A stretch of 48,000 nt of DNA, taken from positions 1 through 48,000 of the forward strand of contig NZ_JABXKH010000156.1 in the NCBI RefSeq assembly GCF_017115105.1, given 5' to 3'. Origin of the DNA: Nostoc sp. NMS2. GTDB taxonomy: Bacteria; Cyanobacteriota; Cyanobacteriia; Cyanobacteriales; Nostocaceae. The notes below the pieces were generated by a model. That model had not been told where the DNA came from. It was given only the letters and a program-made list of their open reading frames with translations, and did no database searches. Below, piece by piece: positions 17,163 through 28,000 of the stretch. The stretch's first letter is position 1, and the number at the start of each line of letters is the position of its first letter. Both the position numbers and the translations under genes were made by a program.

Positions 17163-20100
17163 TTAATCTAAATTGAGTTGGGCGACTAAATCATCGAGTT
17201 CTTGTTGATTTAACTGCGCTTCTGGAAAGTCTGAGGGTGTAAAACCTCCTGCTTGGGGGGATTGACAATGAGTAATTATATCTGTCAATGTCTTGATGAA
17301 AGTCTGAGCTAGATGCTCGATTGTGGATTGTTGATAAACGTTTTTGCTATAAGTTAAATTCAGTTGTAGTTTACCTAATTCCACGAATCCATCGATTTCT
17401 AACTGATAGTTGCGATTTCTCCAAGGAGTGTAATTTTCTCCTGAGGATTCTTGTGCAATTCTTAATAGTGGTGATTTGGAGATTGCTTGATCAAATTGGC
17501 CTAAGTAGTTAAAGCATACTTCTGCTTGGGGTAAGGCTGCTAGTTGTGACTGTTTTACTGTGTCTTGGCTGAGATATCGCAGGATGCCGTAGCCGATGCC
17601 TCGATTTGGTAGATAACGCAACTGTTCTTTAACTGATTTGAGTAATTCTCCTAGATGTTCAGTTTCTCCTAGCTGCAACTGGATGGGGAATACAGTCGTA
17701 AACCAGCCGACTGTACGCGATAAATCTACGTCTTCAAATAGTTCTTCTCGTCCATGTCCTTCTAAATCAATTAGTAGGGAAGGTTCTCCTGTCCACTGGC
17801 AGAAAGTTTGCAGTAAGGCGGTAAGTAGTACATCGTTAATTTGAGTGTTATAGACAGCAGGTACATCATGTAGGAGGGCTTGGGTTTGTTCTATACTCAG
17901 AGAGACTGACACTTGAGCGGCAAATGCAACTGTGTTAGCTGTTTTGGTTAATGGATAATCTATTGGTAAGGGAGCAACAGTACTAGATTGAGCTAACCAA
18001 TAATCCCATTCGCTAGCTACTGTTTGCGATCGCCCATACTCGATTAAGCGAGAAGCCCAATCTTTAAAGGCGGTTGTCTTGGCGGGTAGTTGAATAGGTT
18101 CACCTTGGCTAAGTTGTTGATATGCTGTTGCTAAATCTTCTAGTAAAATTCTCCAAGAAACGCCATCAACTGCTAGGTGATGAATAACAATTAACAATCG
18201 ACTTGGTTTCTCGTTGCCAAGTTTGAATAAAGCCACGCGGATAATTGGGCCGTCTGCCAGGTTGAGGCTAGCTTGCAGTTCGTTAGCAGTGGCTTCGAGG
18301 AGCGATCGCTGTTTTTCGTCAGTCAGTCCTGATAAATCTGCGACTGTAAACGGCACTGTCTCATCTACCCCGGCGTTAACTTGCTGCCAACCATTCGCGC
18401 CTGTAAACCGCAGCCGCAAAGCATCATGATGCATTAATAATTGCTGCACGGCTTGCTTGAGTAGTTCTGGATTGAGTGGTAGTACTTCCACCAGTACAGA
18501 TTGGTTGTAGTGGTGTAACTCTGGCTGATTTTGGGCGAAGAACCATTGCTGAATCGGGGTTAGCGGTACTTGGCCTGTAACTACTCCCTGTTCAGCTTGC
18601 ACTTTGAGCGTTGTACTGACTACAGTAGCTAATTCGGCGATCGTTTGGTGTTGAAATAGTAATTTAGGAGTAACTGAAAAACCTGCTTGGTTAGTTCTAG
18701 CAACTACCTGAATGCTCAGAATCGAATCTCCCCCTAATTCAAAGAAGTTATCGTGAATCCCAACCTGTTCTTGTCCTAAAACGTCAGCCCAGATTTTGGC
18801 TAGGGTTGCTTCTGTAGTAGTGCGGGGTGCAACAAAGTTCGCTTCTAAACCAGTTATTGATGAATCTGGTACAGGCAAAGCCCGCCAATCTATCTTGCCA
18901 TTAGGTGTTAATGGGAAGGAGTCTAGTACTACAAAGGTTGACGGGATCATGTACTCAGGCAGTTTTTCTCTGAGAAAACGCCGTAGTTCCTGGGCGGTGG
19001 CTTGCTCATGGTTGGGGATAACATAGGCTACTAAGCGCTTTTCTGTGGGGTGATCTTCTCGTGCAATTACTACAGTACGTCGTACTTCTGGATGTTGCGC
19101 CAATATCGCTTCGATTTCTCCTAATTCGATGCGGATTCCCCGAATTTTGACTTGGTTATCAATTCGGCCGAGAAAATCAATAGTGCCGTCGGGAAGGTAG
19201 CGCACTAAATCCCCAGTTTTATAAAGTAATTTGCTATTAATTTCTGCAAAGGGGTTAGGAATAAAAACTTTACGAGTTGCAGTTTCGTTATTTAAATAAC
19301 CAAGTCCTACACATTGCCCACCAAGATACAGCTCACCGGGTACGCCAATAGGGACAGGATTTAAGTGTTGATCGAGTATTAATGCATAAACGTTATGCAG
19401 TGGTTTACCGATGGGTATAGGTTCTGTAAATGTAGGGGAAACTTCATTAAAAATAACACCAATTGAAGTTTCTGTAGGACCATAGGCATTACTAATGCTG
19501 ATAGATGGAAAATACGACTTAAACTGATAAATTGCTTTTGCGCTCATCGCTTCGCCACCAACGACTAGTTGTCGCAATGAGTGGAGGTGACAACGCAATT
19601 GGGGATTCTCTACTAAATAATCGAGGAGGATATTAAAGACAGAAGGAACAAAATCTGTAATCGTTACCTTTTGCTTTTCAACGATCGCAATTATCTGCGG
19701 CAAATCTAAACCAAAACTCGGAGCAGGTATAACTGTACGGGCACCATTGATTAATGGCCAGTATAATTGCCAAACACAAGAATCAAAAATAAAGTTGCTG
19801 GTAAATAAAATGACATCATCTTCTTGAGAACCATAGCGATCGTTCATATTGAAAAATCGGTTGACAATACCACGATGTTGATTGATGGCTCCTTTCGGTT
19901 TTCCTGTCGAACCAGAGGTAAAGATAGCGTATATCGGATCGTCTAAATTGATAGCAACATTTAAATTAGGTGTTGCCTCTGTTAGCTGCTGTTCATCAAC
20001 AACAATACAAGACCACTCTGCTAATGCTTCCCAATGCGGCTTGTCTTGACTGACAAGCACAACTTTAGTGTTTAATTCATGCAGAATTTCTTTAATTCTT

Positions 20101-21884
20101 TCTATCGGCCATTTGGGGTCCATTGGCACAAAAGCAGCACCAGCTTTCATAATGGCTAGATGAGAAAGCAGCAACTCTAGACTTTTTTCCATTAACACGG
20201 GCACAAATTGGCCTCGGTTAATTCCCTTTGCTTGCAGTAAAGATGCTAACTGGTTGGCTTTATGATTAACTTCTGAGTATGTGAGTGTTTTGTTTTCAAA
20301 GACAGCAGCAGTGCGCTTTGGAGTTTTCTCCACCTGAGCTTCAATCAATTGATGAATGCATTTGTCTTGGGGATACTCTTTATAAGTATTATTCCACTCT
20401 ACTAGTAATTGTTGGCGTTCCGATGCTGTCAGTATGGGTAATGCAGAAATTTGCTGCTGGGGATTAGCTACAACCCCTTTTAACAAGGTGTAGAAATGTC
20501 CAACCATGCGTTTAATAGTGGCAGCATCGAACAAGTCTGTATTGTATTCCCATGCCCCTATTAATTCTTGCTCTGTTTCTTCAATTGATAGACTCAAATC
20601 AAAATTGGCTGTGACATTCTCCATTTCTAAACTGAGGCTCAATCCAGCTAGTTCTAGTTGCGGTTGTGGTGTATTCTGCAAAACGAACATCACTTGAAAG
20701 AGCGGGTTATAACTCAAACTTCTTTCTGGATGTAATTCCTCTACGAGTTTTTCAAAAGGAACATCTTGATGAGTATATGCATCTAAAGCAACCTGCCGGA
20801 CTCGATGGAGTAACTCAGAGAAACTTGGTTCGCCTTGCAAGTCCACACGCAGCAACAAAGTATTGACAAAAAAGCCAATTAATGGCTCGATTTCCCTACG
20901 GTTACGGTTAGCAATTGGAGAACCAACGACAATATCTGACTGATTGCTGTAACGTGAGAGTAAAGTTGCAAAGGCTGTTAACAAAGTCATAAACAGAGTT
21001 GCCCCTGACTGTCTGCTTAGATCCTTAAGTTTCTTCGTCAAATCGGGGTTAATCTGAAAACGTTCGACATCACCTCGGAAAGACTGAATATTCGGGCGGG
21101 GGCGATCGCTAGGCAGAGATAATAAAGCAGGTATCCCAGCTAATTGTTGCTTCCAGTAATTGAGTCCTTTTTCTAATAGTTCACCTTGTAACCACTGTCG
21201 TTGCCAGTGAGCAAAGTCAGCATACTGAATGGGTAATGCCGCTAAAGGCGAAGGTGTTCCCATCACCAAGGCTTCGTAGAGACTAGTCATCTCCCGGAAA
21301 AATATTTCTATCGACCAGCCATCAGAAATAATGTGGTGTATCGTTACCAGCAGTACATGTTCCTCTTGACTCAACTTGAGTAAGGTGATTCGCAATAAAG
21401 AGTCATAAGCCAAATCAAACGGTTTATCTGCTTCTGCTTTCGCCAACCGTTTTATCTCAGCTGACTTTTCTGCTACTGTTAACGTCTGCAAATCCACTAC
21501 AGGTAAAGTCACAGTTAAAGTTGGAGCTATGACTTGCACAGCAGTGCCATTCACCGTCTGAAAATTGGTGCGTAAAACCTCATGACGTTGGACAATTGCC
21601 GCAATCGCCCCTTCGAGTGCAGCCACTTGCAAACAACCAATCAACCGCACTGCCGCAGCCATGTTGTAATTAGCACTCCCATCTTCTAACTCATCCAAAA
21701 ACCACAAACGTTGTTGAGCAAAGGATAAAGGAATTGTCTCATCTCTGGAGATTGTGGCGATCGATGAAAATTGGTCTATCTTGCCTGTGGAAAAAGTTTG
21801 TTTCTTCTGTGTTTTTAGCTTCTGAAGTAAAAGTTCGCGCTTTTCTATAGAAAGATTTTCCAGACGTTTATGCAAATCAGTCAT
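17163..21884 (-). CDS. NRPS module C-A-T-E (incorporates and epimerises residue 2)
   Basis: 1573 aa. C is ~20415-21737 (HHIISDGWS). A is ~18855-20387 (FTSGSTGKPKG, NAYGPTE, YKTGDLVRY, PNGKIDWRAL). T is ~18600-18812 (FFELGGDSILS). E is ~17250-18587 (PLTPIQQWFF, HHLAVDGVSWRIL, EGHGRE). It has helical N- and C-terminal docking-like tails. Confidence 0.95.
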   Translation of the reverse strand: MTDLHKRLENLSIEKRELLLQKLKTQKKQTFSTGKIDQFSSIATISRDETIPLSFAQQRLWFLDELEDGSANYNMAAAVRLIGCLQVAALEGAIAAIVQRHEVLRTNFQTVNGTAVQVIAPTLTVTLPVVDLQTLTVAEKSAEIKRLAKAEADKPFDLAYDSLLRITLLKLSQEEHVLLVTIHHIISDGWSIEIFFREMTSLYEALVMGTPSPLAALPIQYADFAHWQRQWLQGELLEKGLNYWKQQLAGIPALLSLPSDRPRPNIQSFRGDVERFQINPDLTKKLKDLSRQSGATLFMTLLTAFATLLSRYSNQSDIVVGSPIANRNRREIEPLIGFFVNTLLLRVDLQGEPSFSELLHRVRQVALDAYTHQDVPFEKLVEELHPERSLSYNPLFQVMFVLQNTPQPQLELAGLSLSLEMENVTANFDLSLSIEETEQELIGAWEYNTDLFDAATIKRMVGHFYTLLKGVVANPQQQISALPILTASERQQLLVEWNNTYKEYPQDKCIHQLIEAQVEKTPKRTAAVFENKTLTYSEVNHKANQLASLLQAKGINRGQFVPVLMEKSLELLLSHLAIMKAGAAFVPMDPKWPIERIKEILHELNTKVVLVSQDKPHWEALAEWSCIVVDEQQLTEATPNLNVAINLDDPIYAIFTSGSTGKPKGAINQHRGIVNRFFNMNDRYGSQEDDVILFTSNFIFDSCVWQLYWPLINGARTVIPAPSFGLDLPQIIAIVEKQKVTITDFVPSVFNILLDYLVENPQLRCHLHSLRQLVVGGEAMSAKAIYQFKSYFPSISISNAYGPTETSIGVIFNEVSPTFTEPIPIGKPLHNVYALILDQHLNPVPIGVPGELYLGGQCVGLGYLNNETATRKVFIPNPFAEINSKLLYKTGDLVRYLPDGTIDFLGRIDNQVKIRGIRIELGEIEAILAQHPEVRRTVVIAREDHPTEKRLVAYVIPNHEQATAQELRRFLREKLPEYMIPSTFVVLDSFPLTPNGKIDWRALPVPDSSITGLEANFVAPRTTTEATLAKIWADVLGQEQVGIHDNFFELGGDSILSIQVVARTNQAGFSVTPKLLFQHQTIAELATVVSTTLKVQAEQGVVTGQVPLTPIQQWFFAQNQPELHHYNQSVLVEVLPLNPELLKQAVQQLLMHHDALRLRFTGANGWQQVNAGVDETVPFTVADLSGLTDEKQRSLLEATANELQASLNLADGPIIRVALFKLGNEKPSRLLIVIHHLAVDGVSWRILLEDLATAYQQLSQGEPIQLPAKTTAFKDWASRLIEYGRSQTVASEWDYWLAQSSTVAPLPIDYPLTKTANTVAFAAQVSVSLSIEQTQALLHDVPAVYNTQINDVLLTALLQTFCQWTGEPSLLIDLEGHGREELFEDVDLSRTVGWFTTVFPIQLQLGETEHLGELLKSVKEQLRYLPNRGIGYGILRYLSQDTVKQSQLAALPQAEVCFNYLGQFDQAISKSPLLRIAQESSGENYTPWRNRNYQLEIDGFVELGKLQLNLTYSKNVYQQSTIEHLAQTFIKTLTDIITHCQSPQAGGFTPSDFPEAQLNQQELDDLVAQLNLD

Positions 21885-22065
21885 AATAAGATTTTTCCTA
21901 AAATGATTTCAGAAAAATGGATGGGGGGAGGACTGTTTATTCAACAGTTAATAGTCTAGGGCTTATGCAAGAATTCTTTTTTTTGTCTCACGCAAAGGCG
22001 CAAAGACGCAAAGAAGAGTAAGAAAAGTAACAAAATAACAGGTCTAGTCCATCAGTCAACAGTCA

Positions 22066-25000
22066 TCACTCAGCCAATAATTGCCTCACTTCTTCATCCG
22101 ATAACTCGTCAATTTCAGTCAAAAGTTGCTCTAGCATATTAGTTTCTGCTTGTTCAATCTGTTGAGCAGTCAACAATTCAGCTAACTCAGCAATGGTAGG
22201 ACTTTCAAATAAGTAACGCAGAGGTAACTCAATAGAGAAGGCTTCGCGCAGCCGAGAAATAAGTTGAGTGGCTAATAAGGAATGTCCTCCCATTTCAAAG
22301 AAGTCATCGTGAATGCCAACTTTTTCTAGTTCTAAAACCTCAGCCCAAATGTCAGCCAAAATCTCTTCTGTAGGAGTGCGAGGTGCAACAAAGTTATTTT
22401 CAAGGCAGATTTGAGATGGATCTGGGGCTGGTAGGGCCCAGCGGTTGATTTTGCCGTTAGGTGTCAGGGGTAGAACATCCAGTTGCACGAAAGCATAAGG
22501 AATCATGTAATCGGGCAACTTTTCTTTGAGCAGCTGGCGCAGTTCATTAGAGGTGAGTGCTGATTGCTGGAAAACAACATAGGCTACAAGACGCTTGTTT
22601 CCTGGTTGATCTTCTCGAACTAAGATCACAGCTTGGAGAATTGCAGGGTGCTGGGTCAATATAGATTCAATTTCTCCTAGTTCAATGCGGAAACCACGAA
22701 TCTTGACTTGATGATCGAGACGTCCTAAGAACTCAATGTTGCCATCATTCAGGTAGCGGGCGCGATCGCCTGTTTTATAAAGACGGGTGTCTAAAGTACA
22801 ATGATGGATGAATTTCTGTTCGGTCAATTCTGGTTGATTGAGGTAGCCACGAGCCAACCCCGCACCACTAATGTACAGTTCACCAGGAACGCCAATCGGA
22901 ACGGGTTGTAAGTTCTGGTCTAAGATGTAAATTTTTGTATTGGCAAACGGACGCCCAATCGGAACCAGTCCATCAGCAGACAAATTAATTGCAGCACTTT
23001 CAAAATATGAACTGTCGATGGTGGCTTCGCTCACTCCATAAGAATTAATCAAGCGAGTCTCTGCACCTAAAAACTTTTGAAATTGCTGATACTCCTGTAC
23101 ATACCAACTATCTGAACCTGCGATCAATAATTTCATAAAGCTCAGGTTTTGCTCTGTTTTCTCTAGGTACTGAATTAAGTTCCTAAGCACAGGTGGCACA
23201 AACTCGGCACAATCAACTTGCTGTTGTTGCAACAAGTTATATAGCTTTTCCGGTTCTAAAAGCCACTCTCGTGGACAGATGACTAGTTTTGCCCCAGAAC
23301 AAAGCGCACGCACCATGTCCCCAGAAAAAACATCAAAGGAGAAACTCGCCATTTGTAAATGACTGGTACACGAGGAGCGCAGATGATAAGCATCTTCCCA
23401 AGCCATATAGGCGTTAACCAAGTTGCGATGAGTTATCATCACTCCCTTCGGGTTACCAGTAGAACCAGAGGTGTAGATGATATATGCCAGGTTCTCTGCT
23501 GCTACTTCACTTACCGGATTTTGCTGACTTTGTTGAGAGATTGTTTGCCAGTCTGTATCTAAGCAGATGACATCAGCTCTGTGTTCAGGTAATTCCTTTA
23601 CCAATTTCTTTTGAGTCAATAGCACGGATACTTGTGCGTCATTTAACATGTAGGCTAGGCGTTCTTGGGGATAGTCTGGGTCTAAGGGTACGTAAGCCCC
23701 GCCTGCCTTAAGGATTCCTAGTAATCCCACAATCATCTCTAGGGAGCGCTCAACACAGATACCTACAGGAACTTCTGGTTTGACGCCTAGAGTTTGTAGA
23801 TAATGGGCTAACTGGTTAGCTCGATCATTTAACTCTCGGTAGGTAAGTTGTTGATTGTCAAATACTATTGCTACGGCTTCTGGTGTTTGCTTTGCCTGTT
23901 CTGCAATGATTTGATGGATGCACTGGTTATTGGGATAATCTACTTGAGTATGATTCCACTCGACTAACAACTGATGTCGCTCGGATGCGCTCAACAAGGG
24001 CAATTCTGAAATTCGCTGCTGTGGATGAGCAACAATTACCTTGAGCAAGGTTTGAAAATGTCCTAACAAGCGTTCAATTGTGGCAGCGTCGAATAAGTCG
24101 GTGCTGTAATCGCAGTCTAAGACAATCTCACCATTAATTTCGGTGGCGTTTAAATTCAGGTCGTAATCAACAGAACTAATGGGTTGCCAAAACAAATCTG
24201 TCTCGATTCCCAACATATTGACAGCCACAGGTCGTTCTAGGTTAAATGTGACTGTTACTAAAGGTGAACGGCTGAAGTCCCAACCTCCTCTGAGTTGATT
24301 GAGCAGTTTGGCAAAGGGATAATCATGGTGTTCGTAGGCTTCCAATAACAAACCCTTCAAATTATCCAGAAACTCAGAAAATTTTGCTTCTCCAACAACG
24401 CAACTTCTAATGGGCAATATGTGGGCACAATAGCCAACTAAGCGATCGCTACCCTCCAGAGAGCGTCCAGCAGAAGGAATACCGACTACAAGGTCATCTT
24501 GGGTTGTGATGCGATGCAGTAAAATTGTATATACTGCCAGCAGCGTCATAAATAGAGTACAACCCTGCTCTTTATTTAATTTTTTCAGATCACGATACAG
24601 GTTCGCGTCGAGTCGTATAGTTTGCCTACTACCTTGATAAGTTTTAATTGCCGGACGAGAGCGATCGCTCGGCAAGTTTAAAACAGGAATTGACTGACCA
24701 AACTTTTCCAACCAGTAAGACTCATGGATTGCCATTGCTTCAGTCTGGCTTTGCTGCTCCTGCCACTCAATATATTCTCTAAATTGCATTGGTGGTTGGA
24801 GTTGACAAATCACTCCCTGATATGCTGCTGAATATAACTCGCCCATTTCTTGCAAAATCACACTCATTGACCAGCCATCAACGACAATATGATGAGCCGT
24901 TAAAACTAGCAAATGCAGTTGTTCTTTTAGTTTGAGGATATGAATACGGAACAGTGGACCTTGGCTCAAGTCTAAAGGTACTTGGCTATCTTTCTTAAAC

Positions 25001-28000
25001 CACTCAGCTACTCTAGACTCGCGTTCATAACTATCTACATCTGAAAAATCAATCAAAGGAACGTCTATCTTCAAAAACGGTAGAATGTGCTGAAACTCAC
25101 CTTGATTATCAATAACTGTCCGTATGGCTTCATGGCGGTCTACAACTTTTTGTACTGCTTGATGCATTGCCGCTAGACTAAACATCCCCCGCAATTGCAG
25201 ACTCAAGGAAACGTTATATGCTAGAGAACCATCATCCCCGATCTGCGTCAAAATCCAGAGTTGCTTTTGAGCTTCTGTAAGAGGAACTATTTGTGTGTCT
25301 TTTGCTGCTTCAAATGAATGCTGACTGCTGACTGATGACTGCTGCCTCACCTCGACTGCGCTCGGCGACCACCTGCCTTCTGCCTCCTGCCTCCGGTCAC
25401 TGAGCGTAGCCGAAGTGCTGCCTTTCACCTCGACTGCGCTCGGCGACCACCTGCCTTCTGCCTCCTGCCTCCTAAGTAAAAATCCTCCTTTTCGTAACTC
25501 CTCGACGCTATCTTGAATTGCTTGAATCACATAATCAATATCTGCATCTGTGTGGGCTGTGGAAAGGAAACATGTGCGTCCTTCCCAAATGTAGACTCCT
25601 TTTTCGATGAGGTGATAAAACAACAAATCCAGTTCTAAAGGCTGGTACAAATAGCTGGAATTACCTGATAATACAAAACGGAAGAATGAGCTAAAGTGTA
25701 CTACCTTGATTGGCACATCCTCTTGTGCAAAATAAGCATTGAGTGTTGTGGTCAACTGTGATGTGCGCTGATTTAACTCTTGTTGTAGTGTCGCTCCTTC
25801 CGTTATGAGATGGTTGAGTACAGCTTGTGCGGCTGCCATCGTTAGAGGATGTTTGGAAAATGTACCTGCAAAAAACGTTGTTGCGGTTTGGGGATATGAC
25901 TCATCTCCATAGTTCCACATGCCACCGTCAATACTATCCATGTATGCAGCCTTGCCAGCAACAACGCCAATCGGCATTCCACCACCGATGAGTTTGCCAT
26001 AGGTGACTATATCTGCATTAATGCCAAACCATGCTTGTGCACCACCAGGATGAATGCGGAAGCCAGTAATAACTTCATCGAAAATTAACACTGTACCTGC
26101 TGCTTGCGTTAACTGTCTAAGTTCATGAAGAAAGGTTTTTGGCTGTAAATCTGGTCTGCGACTGGGTACAGGCTCGACTAAAACAGCAGCTAATTCATGA
26201 GCAAAAGCTTTGATGATTTCGAGAGATTCCGGCTCACCATAGGGGAGAATCAGAACATCATCAACTACATTTTGCGTTACTCCTAAAGCCATCGGAACAG
26301 ACTGGCGCTTACCATCGATAGTTCTGGCTATAGCTAAAGTGCCGTCAGAGTGTCCATGATAGGCATCTTGGAACATTACAATCTTGTCTCGACCTGTGAC
26401 GGCACGAGCCAAACGTAGAGCTGTCATCACGGCTTCTGTACCTGAGTTACAGAAGGTGACTCGCTCCATACCCGTCAATTTACAGATTAATGCTGCTACT
26501 TCACCTGCAAGTTTTGATTGGGGGCCGATTTGGATACCTTGCTGAAACTGCTTTTCTAAGGCTTCTGTGACGAAGGGAGTACGATGACCAAATAGATGTA
26601 CACCAAACCCCATAGAGATATCTATATACTCATTGCCATCGATATCCCAAATTCTAGAACCTAAAGAGCGATCGCCAACAATCGGATAGAGCATTTCTTT
26701 TGTTTCCAAACGGAACCCGGTTGATGATCTCCTGTCGGCAATCACTGGACGATAAGTTTGTGTTCTTTGCTTTGATTGTTGAGTACGGTTTGTATATCGT
26801 AAGATAAGTGCTTCTAGATGCTGCTGTTGCTGTACACTCAGTTCCCTAACTTTCGGCGCTTCTACTTTAAACAAAGCCTGAGATTTTTGTCTAGCAGTAT
26901 CAGAATGAACGAGCGGTACGTTTGTGGGATGAGCTAACGCAGATAGTTTGTTGCTTGATGATAAGCCATTGCTACGCAAGACATCTAATTGCTGAGACAT
27001 CACCTGAAGTTGCTGCATCATAATTTTTTCTAGTGCAGTTTCAGGTATATTTTGCTCCTGCCTTCCATTTTGTCTATCCTGCACTTCCGGCTCAGGTGAG
27101 GAATCTGTCACAGCCCATTCTGATGAGAGATTCTTGTCTAGGTAGAGTGCTAATGCCTCGATGGTTGTTAACTCTTCAAATAACTGGCGAATGGTAATTT
27201 TAATCGCGTAAGTGTTTTCAATGTTTCGTATAGCATCAATGAGAACAATTGAATCAGCTCCCATATCTAAAAAATGAGCATGAATCTTGACTTCAGACGG
27301 GGCTACCCGCAACAAATCTCCAACTATACAACGTAATTTAGAGACGATAGCATCCTGACGTTTTTGAGATGGTTGGACTCCATTCACACTAATTTTATTC
27401 TCTGCGATTAATAAGTTTTCTGCTTTTGGTAAAGAATGGCTAGTAAGTGAGGGTTGATTTTGTGAGTAGTCTTTATTAGATCCAATCGAGTTAAAATTCG
27501 CAGATGGTCCTACATGTAACAAGTCTTTGACATTGTGCTGTTTGATGGCCGAGTCTTCTGCAATCCAATAACGTTGTCGTTGGAAGGGATATGTGGGGAG
27601 TGACAGCAAATGTCGTGAGTAGTCTCGATCAAATCCAGTCCAGTTAACATCTATTCCCTGCACATAGATAGTAGATAAACTTGCTAACAACACCTGCCAA
27701 TCATCTTGTCCTTTTACTAAAGAAGGTAGCCAAGTTGCAGTTCCTTGCTGCTGACGTTTGCCCAAAGTTGAGAGAATAGGTTTTGAACCGATTTCTAAGA
27801 ATAGTTCGTAACCTTGTTCAAATAAAGTATTTATTCCTACCATAAATCTCACTGCCTCACAAGTATGGCGTCGCCAATAACTAGCATCTGGGATATAACC
27901 TGGCGGTAGCATCTGACCTGTGAGGTTGGAAATAATGGGAATACAAGGAGCTTGAAATTGGATGCGACTAGCTATATGTTGAAATTGATCTAGTATTGGC

